From assembly GCA_965261595.1 (NCBI GenBank), contig CBDHDG010000006.1, forward strand, positions 1,504,001 through 1,568,000: DNA of 64,000 nt, in the 5' to 3' direction. Under the pieces are notes generated by a model. That model was not told the DNA's origin. It did not search any database and was given only the letters and a program-made list of their open reading frames with translations. This DNA is from a bacterium (GTDB lineage: Bacteria > UBA8248 > JACPRG01 > G963555815). A program made the translations under genes and the position numbers. Shown piece by piece: positions 45,043 through 55,897 of the stretch (its first letter is position 1; each line of letters opens with the position of its first letter).

Positions 45043-45470
45043 GCGTTGTCCACGGACTTGTCCATACGGCCCGCAGGGCTCGCGCCGGTCCTCAGGACTC
45101 GTCCACAAATCCATAGGACTACCCCCTTGCAAGTTGGTGAGGAGTCCGCTTGCCGGGCCGGCGCCCGAGACCCGCGTCTCAATCCCGGAACCGCACAGGG
45201 CGTCCGGGACAGTGGCTAACAATATCCCTCTCGACGTGATGGCCCATTGTCCCACACGTGCTCGCTGCGCCAACCCCGCCTCCGGCGGGGTCCTCCTCTT
45301 CGTTCCGGCCCTGGCTTGCAAGGCTACGGCGCTGAAGCGCCTAGGCGCGCCAAGAACCGCGACGGTGGCTTTGCAGCGCGCGCGTGGGCCACTCAACCAT
45401 CACGTTCGGAGACTCTCTCCGCACAACGAACCATAACGGTTCTCTACACTCAATCCATAAGGAGAGCATC

Positions 45471-46394
45471 ATGCACGATATCGACAACATCTCAGAACAG
45501 AACCAGTCCGTCACCGCCACCGTCTGCGACCAGGCGGCTCTCTTCGGAGCAACCCCGGAGCGCGACGAATTCGACAACCGGGAGGTCTGGGACCCGGAGA
45601 ACGCCCTCTCCGCCGTCACGGAAGCCTTCCGCATCATGGCACACGGCGTCGCCCCCGACGGAACGCAACTCGCCGACGAGCGCGAGAGCCTGCTCTGGGG
45701 ATTCGTCAACATGCTCGACGCCCAGACCCAACGCCTCGACCGCGCGGCCGACAGGCTCCTCCCCGACATGCGCGACCTCCAGCGAGAGCAGGACGGCTCG
45801 GAGATCCGGTCCCGAGAGCTCGAACTCGTCACCGACCGAACCAAGAACCTCACGGACCGGCGGGACGCCTTCGAGCAACTCAGAGATGCAGCGGCCGAGG
45901 CCTACCGGGTCGAGACCGGAGACCTCTGGCGGCCCCGGCGCGGGTCCCACACCTCCCAGACCGGCAAGCTCACTTCGGCCATGATCGATGCCCGCGACTT
46001 CCAGCGTGCCCGCAGGGACCGCGAGAACAAGGCGCTCCTGCCCCAGGGAACGCTCGTCGCGGTGGCAGGCGGCAAGCACGCCGGCGACGCAGGCGCCATC
46101 ATCCGCACCCTCGAGAAGCTCAAGGCCAAGTACGACGACGTGGTCCTGGTCCACGGCGGTGGCCCCGGCGTCGAGAAGATCGCGGCCAAGTGGGCGGACC
46201 GCAACGGCGTCCACCAGATCGTCTGCAAGCCCAACTGGGACGCACACGGACGCGCGGCGCCCTTCCGGCGCAATGACGAGCTGCTCGATCTCCTCCCCAA
46301 GGGCGTCATCGCGTTCCCGGGTTCGGGCATCACCGACAATCTGGTCGACAAGGCGCGCAAGCTCGGCATCCCGGTCCAGTGCGTCGCCGCCTGA
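45471..46394 (+). CDS. DUF2493 / SLOG-family protein
   Basis: LVHGG.PG.EKIAA.WA, AAPFRRND, AFPGSGIT.NLVDKA; typical neighbour of Toprim genes. Confidence 0.85.
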   Translation: MHDIDNISEQNQSVTATVCDQAALFGATPERDEFDNREVWDPENALSAVTEAFRIMAHGVAPDGTQLADERESLLWGFVNMLDAQTQRLDRAADRLLPDMRDLQREQDGSEIRSRELELVTDRTKNLTDRRDAFEQLRDAAAEAYRVETGDLWRPRRGSHTSQTGKLTSAMIDARDFQRARRDRENKALLPQGTLVAVAGGKHAGDAGAIIRTLEKLKAKYDDVVLVHGGGPGVEKIAAKWADRNGVHQIVCKPNWDAHGRAAPFRRNDELLDLLPKGVIAFPGSGITDNLVDKARKLGIPVQCVAA

Positions 46395-46772
46395 GCCCAA
46401 CGACCTCGCGGGTCGCGTCGCCACCCGGCGGCGCGGCCCGTTCTTCTTCCGCGTTGCCCGCTGCCGCACCGCCCGCCGCTCTTCGCACCGCACCGGTGCG
46501 GACCCCACTGCTGACTCCGTCCCGCACTGCTCCATGCACCATGCTCCGCACGGCCGTCCGCTCAATCGCCGCGGCGGCTCCCCCGCGCGTCCCGCGCCCG
46601 CGGAGATCCCCCCTTCGCTCGTTCCTCACATTTTGGTCTGTCGGACGCCGGTCGGCGCTTTTACTCTCACACCTGACGCAGCGGGCTGCATGTGCGCTCC
46701 ATGCGCGCGCTTGTCCTGCATTCCTGTGCGCAGTCAACGACCTGCGGCGTCTCTGTGATGCCGGAAAAAGTC

Positions 46773-46899
46773 CTACCAATCTGGTAGCTCCCTGAATCGA
46801 GACCCAAGCTGCTGATATTGCGTCGTTTATCGGCGCCGCGCCCCAATGCGTGTTTGCCGTGCAATACGCCCCGAACACGGAGCTACCAAATTGGTAGCT
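46773..46899. promoter_or_regulatory. Two palindromic operator-like boxes; candidate oriT region
   Basis: CTACCAATCTGGTAG (46773-46787) and AGCTACCAAATTGGTAGCT (46881-46899) upstream of an RHH gene. Confidence 0.55.
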
Positions 46900-46975
46900 G
46901 TCAGTCCGCTGCCATTCGCCCTCGATTCGGCACCGATTCCGCCCCGAAACGGGCCAGACACTCGAAGAAACGACC

Positions 46976-47284
46976 ATGGTTCAGACCGTCCAGAAGAACA
47001 TCCGCGTCACCCCCGAGCAGTGGGAGCGCATCGAAAAGGCCGCCGACGAGCGCCGAGTCTCGGCCAATCAGCTCCTCGTCGAACTCGCCATGGAGGCGCT
47101 CGACCGCCGCCGGTGGCCACGCACCGAGGCGGAAATCCATCTCCTGCGCTCCGCAATGTTCACCGCCCAGGCCATGTCCCGCGACATGGCGGCGGCCGGG
47201 CGTGGCGACGAGATCGCCGAAATCGCCCGCAACATCTCCAAGGTCGCGCCGGAGTTTCCCGAAGAGCCGGGTAGAAAGGGCTGA
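46976..47284 (+). CDS. Ribbon-helix-helix protein, possible relaxosome accessory factor
   Basis: KNIRVT strand followed by two helices (EQWERIEKAA, SANQLLVELA). Confidence 0.7.
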   Translation: MVQTVQKNIRVTPEQWERIEKAADERRVSANQLLVELAMEALDRRRWPRTEAEIHLLRSAMFTAQAMSRDMAAAGRGDEIAEIARNISKVAPEFPEEPGRKG

Positions 47285-47409
47285 ACACGTAGCCCCAAAG
47301 AGCCGATACAGTCGCGCGAACCGGGAATTCTCGGACTGCTTTTCGACGCTCCGACCGTCGAGGACACGCGCATTCGGTCGTCGCTTCCGGACAGTAACGT
47401 GGTGAAGAA

Positions 47410-49613
47410 ATGGTCGATCAAACATCGTTGAACCAAGCGTGGGGCGCACTGCGCGTCGTGCTCAGGGAGGCCTTCTCGTTCTATGAGATCAAGGATCTCG
47501 CCGGATTGGCCGGCATCGACGTCACTCGGCTGGCCCGTCTTGAACAGAAGGCCGGCGGCGGCGCATCAAAGCGTCAACTCATGACCGCATTGGATCGCGA
47601 GATCGCCCAGCTCGGCCATGCAGACAAGGCGCGCGTGCTGAACCATTTCGCGGAAGAGGTCGTTCGCCAGCCGCACTACGAGAGCGAGCGCCTCGACGAC
47701 TATCTTGAACGATTGGGCTGGCAGTTCGCGGATGGGAAACTGGTTCCGATCAACGTGTTCGACGTCGCCGAACTCGCCAACCTGCCCGATGTATCGAAGA
47801 CCGATTTGCTGAAGGCGGCCACCCGCCTTCGCGACGGCGACTTGAGCGGTGCGCTGGGCGCAGCCTGCGCAGCCGTGGACTCGGCAACCAATGCCGTCTA
47901 TGCGGACCACCGCCTCGGCCCGGAACCTGCCATCGAAAGACAGCTTCCAGACGCGCTGCACGAAGGCGCTCAACGCCAAGAAAACCATTTCACGATTGCC
48001 CGGCGAGCTGACCGGCATGGGGTGGAGCGCAGCCGACGCCAAGATGCTCTCGGACAATCTGCGCGGCGCCCTGAACCAGGGCGCCTATCCCCCGCTCTAG
48101 GGTTTTGTTGGACACTCGATTGATCCATGATTCATGGAGAAAGGGGTGTCGCGATGAACGAACAAAAGCAAGAGGGGGCTTTGGCGGAGGGCGCCCGCAG
48201 GGCGAACGGAGCCAAGGCCCCAGGGCATCGCAGTGAGCGGGGTCGGTTCTCCTGCCAGCGCAAGCGGGAGGCGGTCCTGCGTCTTTTGCGGGGCGAGAGC
48301 CTGGAGACGCTCTGCCGCGAGTTGGGCACGACAGCGGTTCGGCTTTCCGCCTGGCGCGAGGCGTTCCTTCGCGGGGGCGAGGCGGCGCTCAAAGCCCGCC
48401 CGGCGGATGAGCGGGACGAGGAGAACGCCCGGCTCAAGGCCAAGGTGGGCGAACTCACGATGGAGGGCGAGGTCCTGCGGGAGAAGATCGACCGCCTGGA
48501 GGCCGGCCGCCCTTTAGCCGGCAGGAGGTGGAGGCGATGAGTCAGGCCCGCTTCACCTCCACGGGCAGAGCCTACGGCCTGAAGCGGGTGTGCGCCCTTT
48601 GGGGCTTGGCGCGCTCCACGGTCTACGCGCAACGGCGGCGAGAGGCGGTCCCCGTTCATGAACGCCCCACGCCCAATAAGCGCGGCCCTGTAGGCCCGTG
48701 CACCGATGCGGAACTCCTCGGCCACATCCGGCAGGTCCTGGAGGACTCTCCCTTCCATGGCGAGGGCTACCGCAAGGTGTGGGCGAGGCTGCGCTTCACG
48801 GGCATCCGCACCAGCAAGGAGCGGGTGCGTCGCCTGATGCGGGAGGCGGGGCTTCAGGCCCCCCACCGGGTGGGCAAACCCCGAGGTCCCAAGGCCCACA
48901 ACGGGACCATCCGCACCGAGCGGCCAGACCGAATGTGGGGCACGCACATGACGACGACGGTGACCACCGAGGAGGGGATGGCCTCGGTGTTCGTGGCGGT
49001 GGATCACTGCTCGGTGGACTGCGTGGGGATCCATGCGGCCAAGAGCGGCAACCGCTTCGAGGCCCTGGAGCCGATCCGGCAGGGGGTCGCCGAGCGCTTC
49101 GCCGGCTTGGAGGCGGACGTCGCCGAGGGGCTTAAAGTTCGTCACGACCACGGCCCCGCCTATCTGTCCGATGACTTTCAGCGGGAGATCGCCTACCTGG
49201 GCATGACCAGTTCGCCCAGCTTCGTGCGGGCGCCCGAGGGAAATGGCTACTGTGAGTGGTTTATCCGCATCTTGAAGGAGAATCTCCTGTGGGTGCGCTC
49301 TTTCGCCACCGTAGAGGAACTGCGGTGGGCGCTGCTTGAGTTCAAGAACCTGTACAACCATCATTGGATTCTCGAGGGCTACGGCTACCGAACGCCGGCC
49401 CAGGCAAGGCAGGAAAAACTCGCTCAAGTTGCGGAGGCCGCATGAGGTCGAATACCCTCACCCGAGTGTCCAATAACCCAGGGGCGGTCCACCTACGTCA
49501 TGCAAGCGCTCCGTTCGAGAATGAGCGACGTCCACGCTTCCAAACCCGTGCTGAACCCCCTGGTCTACGACTCTCTCAAGTGGGCAGCGCTCATCGTGCG
49601 CATGTTGAAATAG
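47410..49613 (+). pseudogene. Abi_C/HEPN-like abortive-infection protein, frameshifted and IS-interrupted
   Basis: Removing the IS and one CCTA restores NQGAYVMQALRSRMSDVH..; frameshift at about 47925. Confidence 0.65.
48088..49491 (+). mobile_element. IS3-family-like IS, copy 2, first catalytic Asp changed to His
   Basis: Near-identical to 11073-12476; CCTA target duplication; WGTH instead of WGTD. Confidence 0.95.
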
Positions 49614-49686
49614 CTCCGTGGGCGCAACGCCGTCTCGCGGCACCACCACCGCTCGACCGTGTCCACTCCATGAAAGGGAGCGCTCA

Positions 49687-50070
49687 ATGGCCGAGAACGC
49701 AACTCCCGACCAGCAACTGGCGTCCCTTCTCGTCAGGACCATAGCGCTCCGTTGCATGAGAAACACCATGATCGAGAACATCCATGCGGGCCTCGTGCCG
49801 GTCACCAGGACCGGGGACTACTCCGACGTCACGGTGATCGACGCAGATGCGCGGCGGATTCCATGGCCCGAGGTCTCGCATCTCGACGACGACGCGATGC
49901 GCGCCCTGATGCGCCAGGTCGTCGACCGCCTCTACATCTTCCAGGTCCGGGCCGAAGGACCGGGATTCCTGGATCAGATCGGCCGCTTGATGGAAGTCGC
50001 GAGCCTCTGGGACGAACCCAAGCTCGACGAGTCCCTCCTGCCCGGGACCGCCGCAAGGAGCGACCCATGA
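49687..50070 (+). CDS. Hypothetical protein
   Basis: GGGAG RBS; CMRNT.IE..HAG..P....GDYSDV..WDEPKLD looks like a conserved family. Confidence 0.65.
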   Translation: MAENATPDQQLASLLVRTIALRCMRNTMIENIHAGLVPVTRTGDYSDVTVIDADARRIPWPEVSHLDDDAMRALMRQVVDRLYIFQVRAEGPGFLDQIGRLMEVASLWDEPKLDESLLPGTAARSDP

Positions 50071-50345
50071 CGCAACCCACCACCACGGATGCCGGACGCC
50101 GCTACGCCTTCGCCCCGCATCCGGACCCGATAGAAGAGATTCTCTATCGCATTCACATCGTATTTGAAGAGCCCGATGGGCGCCTGTGGTCGGCGGGAAC
50201 CGACTTCATGGCGCCGACCATGGAAAGCGCGGAGGCGTTTGCCGAGGAATTGAACAGCAAGCTTGGACTCGACTACACCACCTGGGCGGAATTCGCCCGC
50301 AGAGTCTTCGCAGCGAGAGTGGCACCAAGTGACGTCCCAGACTGA
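50067..50345 (+). CDS. Hypothetical protein
   Basis: AAGGAG RBS and ATGA coupling. Confidence 0.6.
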   Translation: MTQPTTTDAGRRYAFAPHPDPIEEILYRIHIVFEEPDGRLWSAGTDFMAPTMESAEAFAEELNSKLGLDYTTWAEFARRVFAARVAPSDVPD

Positions 50346-50418
50346 CGCATCTCCGCAAGTCTCCCGCGTCCGTATCTCCAACGCCGATATGCGTCGTCCA
50401 CGCAAGGAGTAACACAAC

Positions 50419-50907
50419 ATGAGTTCGGTGCTTTGGGACGGAGACAACCTGATCCAGAAGGTCGGGCAGAACACTGAGGAACTGGGACATGTCAAGCTGG
50501 ACGAACACGCCGACGAATACGTTCTGTGGCTGAAGGACACCCGCGGCGTCTTCGCCCCCGGCAATACCTACATACGAGGTGACACCTTCCCATCGATGAA
50601 GGACGCGAAGCAGCGTGCGGCCTCGTCCGTGTCCGCCTGGCTATTCCATTACATGTGGCTGGTGGGTCTTCGTGACAGCGCAGAGCGGTCCGACAGCGCC
50701 ATTGCCCAAGCCATAGCGGATGCCCAAGACGGCAAGCCCCTGAAGGAATCCACGTTCAAGGAGGAAATGGAAAAGCTCACCAAACACCTGAACCGGGCCG
50801 AGGCCGACGCACGCGAGAGCGTAGGGAAAGCACGAACGCGGGAGAGGTGGTATTTCTTTGTGGGACTAGCCTTGGCCTTGATCGGAATTCTCGTCTCCGT
50901 CAACTGA
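50419..50907 (+). CDS. Hypothetical protein with C-terminal TM helix
   Basis: AAGGAG RBS; hydrophobic C-terminus. Confidence 0.6.
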   Translation: MSSVLWDGDNLIQKVGQNTEELGHVKLDEHADEYVLWLKDTRGVFAPGNTYIRGDTFPSMKDAKQRAASSVSAWLFHYMWLVGLRDSAERSDSAIAQAIADAQDGKPLKESTFKEEMEKLTKHLNRAEADARESVGKARTRERWYFFVGLALALIGILVSVN

Positions 50908-51128
50908 CCTAGCCGCTCCTTCGAATTTCCAGGACAAGGCGGCTAAAGCCTAAGATCGCGATCCACATTGCGGAGTTGCCGATCGCCGGCCTTCATTTCG
51001 AGCATGCGCCCCTCCCTCGACCGGGAAGGTAATCCGCCCCTCCGTGCCCTCCGTCACCACCGCGGAATATCGCGCGATCGGGGTGAACCCACAGATCTCA
51101 ACCATTCATACTCGTCTCTTCGGATATG

Positions 51129-51620
51129 TCAGAGGAGTCCCTTTACGGTGCCACGGCGTTCAATTACTTCGAAGATGAAGGCGAACGCGCATGGAACAAT
51201 AAACAGACATACGACGACCAGTTCCACACCAGCAGATGGCTCCCTCGCACCACCGAATGCGCCTGCAAGAATGACAAAACACGCGAGAAAAACGCTCACG
51301 ATCATTTTGACGCGGTGCGTTGATGGATGCCCATTGTAGTCGGTAGCCCAGCCAAGTGGGTCCAGTCCGCCCCAAGCAGGGCGTTTTCCTGCCTGCTGGA
51401 TTACGAAGCGAACCTCGGGAACGAATCCTCCTACAAGCAAAGGCAAAATTACTCCAGGCATTCCTAGCCATGGCTCATCTGTGAACGCATAGAGTAGTGT
51501 TCCGGCCCACGCGAGCATCATCAAGATCATGGACGAAAGTCTTTCAAAACACAGCTTGCCACTGGTGTTGAAAAAGTACGGGAGTACCCGTTCTTCGAAC
51601 TGTCCAACGCGGGTGGTCAT
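51129..51620 (-). CDS. Hypothetical four-TM membrane protein, lower GC
   Basis: Four hydrophobic segments; GAGGGG RBS before ATG. Confidence 0.5.
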   Translation of the reverse strand: MTTRVGQFEERVLPYFFNTSGKLCFERLSSMILMMLAWAGTLLYAFTDEPWLGMPGVILPLLVGGFVPEVRFVIQQAGKRPAWGGLDPLGWATDYNGHPSTHRVKMIVSVFLACFVILAGAFGGAREPSAGVELVVVCLFIVPCAFAFIFEVIERRGTVKGLL

Positions 51621-51929
51621 TCTACCCCTCCGTAGCAATTACAATTTCCGAAACCAGCGGTCGACTGAACGCCCACAACCTTGACCAAGAGCGAATTGTA
51701 ACTCCGACGCGAGTACAACCTGCACCCGATAACAAACCTGCACGCTGATCGCGCGGTCTGACCCCCAACACCGATACACTCATCCGAGCCGCCGATGCCG
51801 CCTGCTTCACGCGGATTTCCCGACGCTCGGCCGGTGAAGCAGCGCAACCGTTCCGTCGTATGGCCAGATGCCCCGCCTCGGCGACGACTCCCATTCAGAC
51901 ACCTATTCTGACTGCGCAGCCATCTCGCG

Positions 51930-54900
51930 CTACTGCAAGACCGCCGATCGTGCAGCGCCTTCCGACGCCGTCGTCACGCGTTTTTCGATTGCCTTCAATG
52001 CCGCAATCGCTCGCCAGCCGTGTTCCTGGCTCGAACCGTATTGGCGGAGCAGCGCACGGTCCGAGCCGTTTCCATAACTCTCGAGAACCCTGATGCCAAA
52101 CGCGAGGATGCGTTTCCTGTCGAAGCGCGACCAATGACGAAAGTATGCGACCTGGCTCGTGGGGTCGGCGAGCGCATCCCGGCTGATAGCAGCGGCTTCG
52201 GCTGGGAAGCGCCCGACGACCGAACGCATGACCGTCTCGTCTCCCGGCAGCAGATCCCATCCGTCTCGCGACACGTCCTCGCACTCGCGTAGGACGTCGA
52301 GTGCCGCTCCGTTCCCAGGCTGCATCAGAGCCGCGACTTCAGGCTTGCACGCCTCCAGCCTTTCTTCCTCGTCAAGATCGGCCCGGTTGCACCAGTACAG
52401 AATCGCGCCGCAAGCCTTCATCGCTATCGCCCACGGGGCCTCGCCCTCGGTTCGATCGGCCGGGAGCGTGCAGCCGAGCCTCCCCAGCGCGATGTGCGCC
52501 GCGACGAAGGCATAGATGTCACTCTGCGGCATGGTCCGATTGTCCGCCGGCGGCGGGCTCGTCCACCGCACAATGCTCTCCCCGACGTCCGGATCAGCGA
52601 ACGATCCGAGCTCCAGAAGCAGCGGCCCGAGAAAGAGCGCGCTCTCCTTCGCTCCCCGCGACGCCATCTCCAGCAGCGTCTTCTTGTCCCGGACCGCGAG
52701 ACCCGCCACCACCTCGCAAAACGCATCCGAATAGGGATGATCGAACTGCGCCAAGTAGATGCCCCATGCTTCCTCCTGAAATTCGCCGTCCGTCGGCTGC
52801 GCCAGGCACTTGCCAATGCGCTCAAGCACGACCGTCCGATGCTCGCGCGCACCCTCATCCAGCGCGCCCAGACTCTGAAGCGCCTCCATGATGATCGACG
52901 CGACCCAGGGATCGCACCCGCCGAGCAACTCTTCGATCCTCTCGATCAATTCCGCCCGCTCGGCCTCGTCCTCTGTATCACAACGAATGGCCGCCGCATC
53001 CATGAGCGCAAGGCGCAGGTGGTACGGCGCACTGTCCCAATTCGCCGATATTGCGCCGGGACAGGAACGACGCCGGAACTCCGTCCCACCGAGACAGCGT
53101 CAGGACGAGATGGAGCTGTCCCGGAGACATCTCCCGCGCCATCAGCTCCCGCAAGACGCCACCGCCTCCTGCCTCGCCAGGCCGTCCGAAGCGTCCGCTT
53201 CGCGCCATGAACACGCCGCTGCCCAGCTCGGCACAGATCCTGGAAATCCCTGGCGAGCCGTGTGACCGCTGCGGAAACACATAGCCGATCGCGAACAGGT
53301 GGCTTCGTAGCCTGGCTCTTCCAATCTCGGTTTCCTCGCCAATCCGAACAGACTCGTCCGCGATGCGCCGGTCCAGGATCCCGACGATGTTCAACGCATC
53401 CTCAAGATCCCGACCAGCCGCCATCCGTCCGGGAAACACTGCGAAGAACGCTCGATCGCACCGGCTCCACTGCACAAGGGAAGACTCCTCGAACTCGACG
53501 TGGTCGACACCCTCGCCGCCCACCCGGAAGCGGAGGGTACGTGCTTCCTCACGGAGCCCAATCCACAGTCGCCGGCACTGCGCCTCCGCCCAATCCTGCA
53601 CATCTCTCCCGCATTGCCCGTCCAAGCAGGCCCAGACCGATCCGGACTCCTCCAGCCTTGGCAGCAGCCGTTCGAGCATGCGCTCGTCGTCGACAGCCCC
53701 GATGATCAGGTCCTTTCGCCCGGCATGCAGCGGCGCGGCAAGCGCTCTCAGGATCGGTTCCGGCGACTCCCCGGCTTGCCGAACCACCGCCTCAGCCGCG
53801 AAGGCATCAAGCAACATCTCGTGCGGAAAACTCACCCTGTCCCCGCGCAGCGTCAGCAAACCCCTGTCGATGACGGAATGGCGAACCGGCACCGGCACGC
53901 CGCTCGCGTCCATCAGTCGATCAAATACGCGGATCGTCAGGCTGAACGCGAACCGCTCGCACAGCCAAGCGGCCACCTGCGAAAGAACGCGAATGCCATC
54001 GCTTGCCACCCCGCTCAACCGATTGCGGGCGAACGCATCGAACAAGGCATAGCGGCTGCTTCCCGGTGGGAGAGTGGCCCCCACTGCTCCGACGAGCGTT
54101 GCCTCCAGGCCTGTCGACACGGCGGCTAGGAGATGCTCGATCGCCTCCGGTCGCACCTTCCCTTCCGAAGCCGCCGCTGCAATGGCGACCTTGGTTTCCA
54201 TTGCCGGCGGCGGCACTTCGATCTCCCGCAGCTCCAGAAGATCGCCGCGCACCGGCGCCACCTGAGACGCCACCACGACCCCGCCTTTGTATCTGGCTGT
54301 CAGCGCGGCCATCCCCCGGGTGAACCGCCCCTGCAGATCCTCCGCGCACTCGTTGTACCCGTCGACAATGAACAGGATGGGCCGACCCAGCCGCCAAGCG
54401 TCGTTGAGGAGTTGCACTCCCGACCGCGCTCCCAGCAGTCCCGCCTCACGCTCCACCAGCTCCTTGACGCTGCCGCCGAAATCCTTGCCCTGCACGCTGA
54501 TCGCAACACCGTCCCGAGCATTGAACGCGACGCCCGATGCCTCGGCCAGCATCGACTTCCCGCACCCCGACGGCCCCTTCAGCAACACACCGCCGCGTCG
54601 CTCGAACACAAGACCGGCAACATCGCGCGACGAGATGGTCTCTCCACCCGATCGGCATGCGAACGGAACCAGTGCCTCGCCATTCCCATAGGTCCGGCAG
54701 AACATCGCCCTGTACTGCCGAAGACGGTCTTCCGCCTCCGCCAGCCCGGGATCACAAGCCGCACACACCGATGTTGCCAGCGTCAACCCAAGATGATCCG
54801 AAAATTGCTTCCACCGCTCGACCGACCACGCTCCTCGCGTCCGCTTGCCAAGCTCTCTCTCCAGCCCGTCCTGTCCAATGACCGAAACCTTGCTGTTACC

Positions 54901-55326
54901 TGGGAAGACCTGCGAACCCGATGCAATTCCGGGCGAGAACACGAGCCCCGCATTGATGAACGGCGGATCTGTCCCGGCGAAGGCGCCCGCGGCATTCTTT
55001 ACCTCTAACGCCGCATCGAGTGCCTGCCGATAAGGGTTCCGGAAGTCCTTCCAGTGTCCGGAGGCCAGATGGACTTGCCACGGCCCGTTCTCGCCGCCAC
55101 GCACCGGGCGGGCAAAGCCTTTCGCCTCGATGACCAGAGCAAGGCCGTCCAAGACAACCAGCAAGTCGATCTGCCGCGACCTGATCTCAAAATTCGCCAA
55201 CACGACCGCCCGCCGCCCGTCGGCGACAAGCAACCGCTCGATCTCCCGCAACGTGGAATGTTCCGACTCGTGCTCGATCAGGCCGCCAATGCGGATGTCT
55301 AGCGTCTTTGTATCTCTGTCGTTCAT
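51930..55326 (-). pseudogene. NERD nuclease, STAND/NACHT-like NTPase and helical repeats; frameshift at about 53050
   Basis: SE..QIDLLV..VIEAK..NPY.Q (NERD); GPSGCGKS; LFIVDGYNE; F.HE; the second frame continues as a HEAT-like region. Confidence 0.8.
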
Positions 55327-55390
55327 CGCCTCGGTCCCGATTTCAGGCCACCGACGGCGCGTCGCCGCAACTCCCATGCCGAGTTCAGCA

Positions 55391-55891
55391 TCACTCCGCC
55401 ATCACCACCTCGCCGAGGGTCCGCTCGTGCCACCGCCTCGTATACGCCTCGCGAAGAACGATTCCCGGCCGATGGCCGACCTCGTCGAGCAGTCCTGCCA
55501 TCGACACGAGCCTCTCGCGCAATCCGAGCATCACGCCGCAACGCAGACTCGCCTTGTCCGGGCCGCACAGGATCCAGTCATCGTCGCGGCCCAGGACGTG
55601 CGCCGAAAGCGAGGCTTCGCCCCTGTCGAGCGCGATTTCGCCCGCGCGGATCGCGAGCACGGCACGTTCCAGATCCCCGACCGCATGAATACCCGCCAGC
55701 CTGTCCCGGAGCCGCGCCTCGTCGATCCGCCGTTCGGGTCGTCGGTGCTGGAACCCCGTCTGGGTCTCCGTGATGCAATCCTCCACGGTCTCCACGCCGT
55801 AGCCCCCTGTCAGCGCCCGCCACAAACCCGTCCGGTGCGCCTCCTAGATCACATTCGTGTCCACGAGCACGGTACCGCGATGCCGAGCCAT
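55391..55891 (-). pseudogene. PIN-domain protein with in-frame TAG at 55844-55846
   Basis: MARHRGTVLVDTNVI*EAH.., LDRGE, CGPDKA acidic residues. Confidence 0.78.
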
Positions 55892-55897
55892 GACGCC

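Larger units (their letters stand above)
43440..45147 (+). mobile_element. IS110-family element
   Basis: TCC core repeated at both junctions; ends confirmed by guide matches in the non-coding region; no terminal IRs. Confidence 0.88.
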
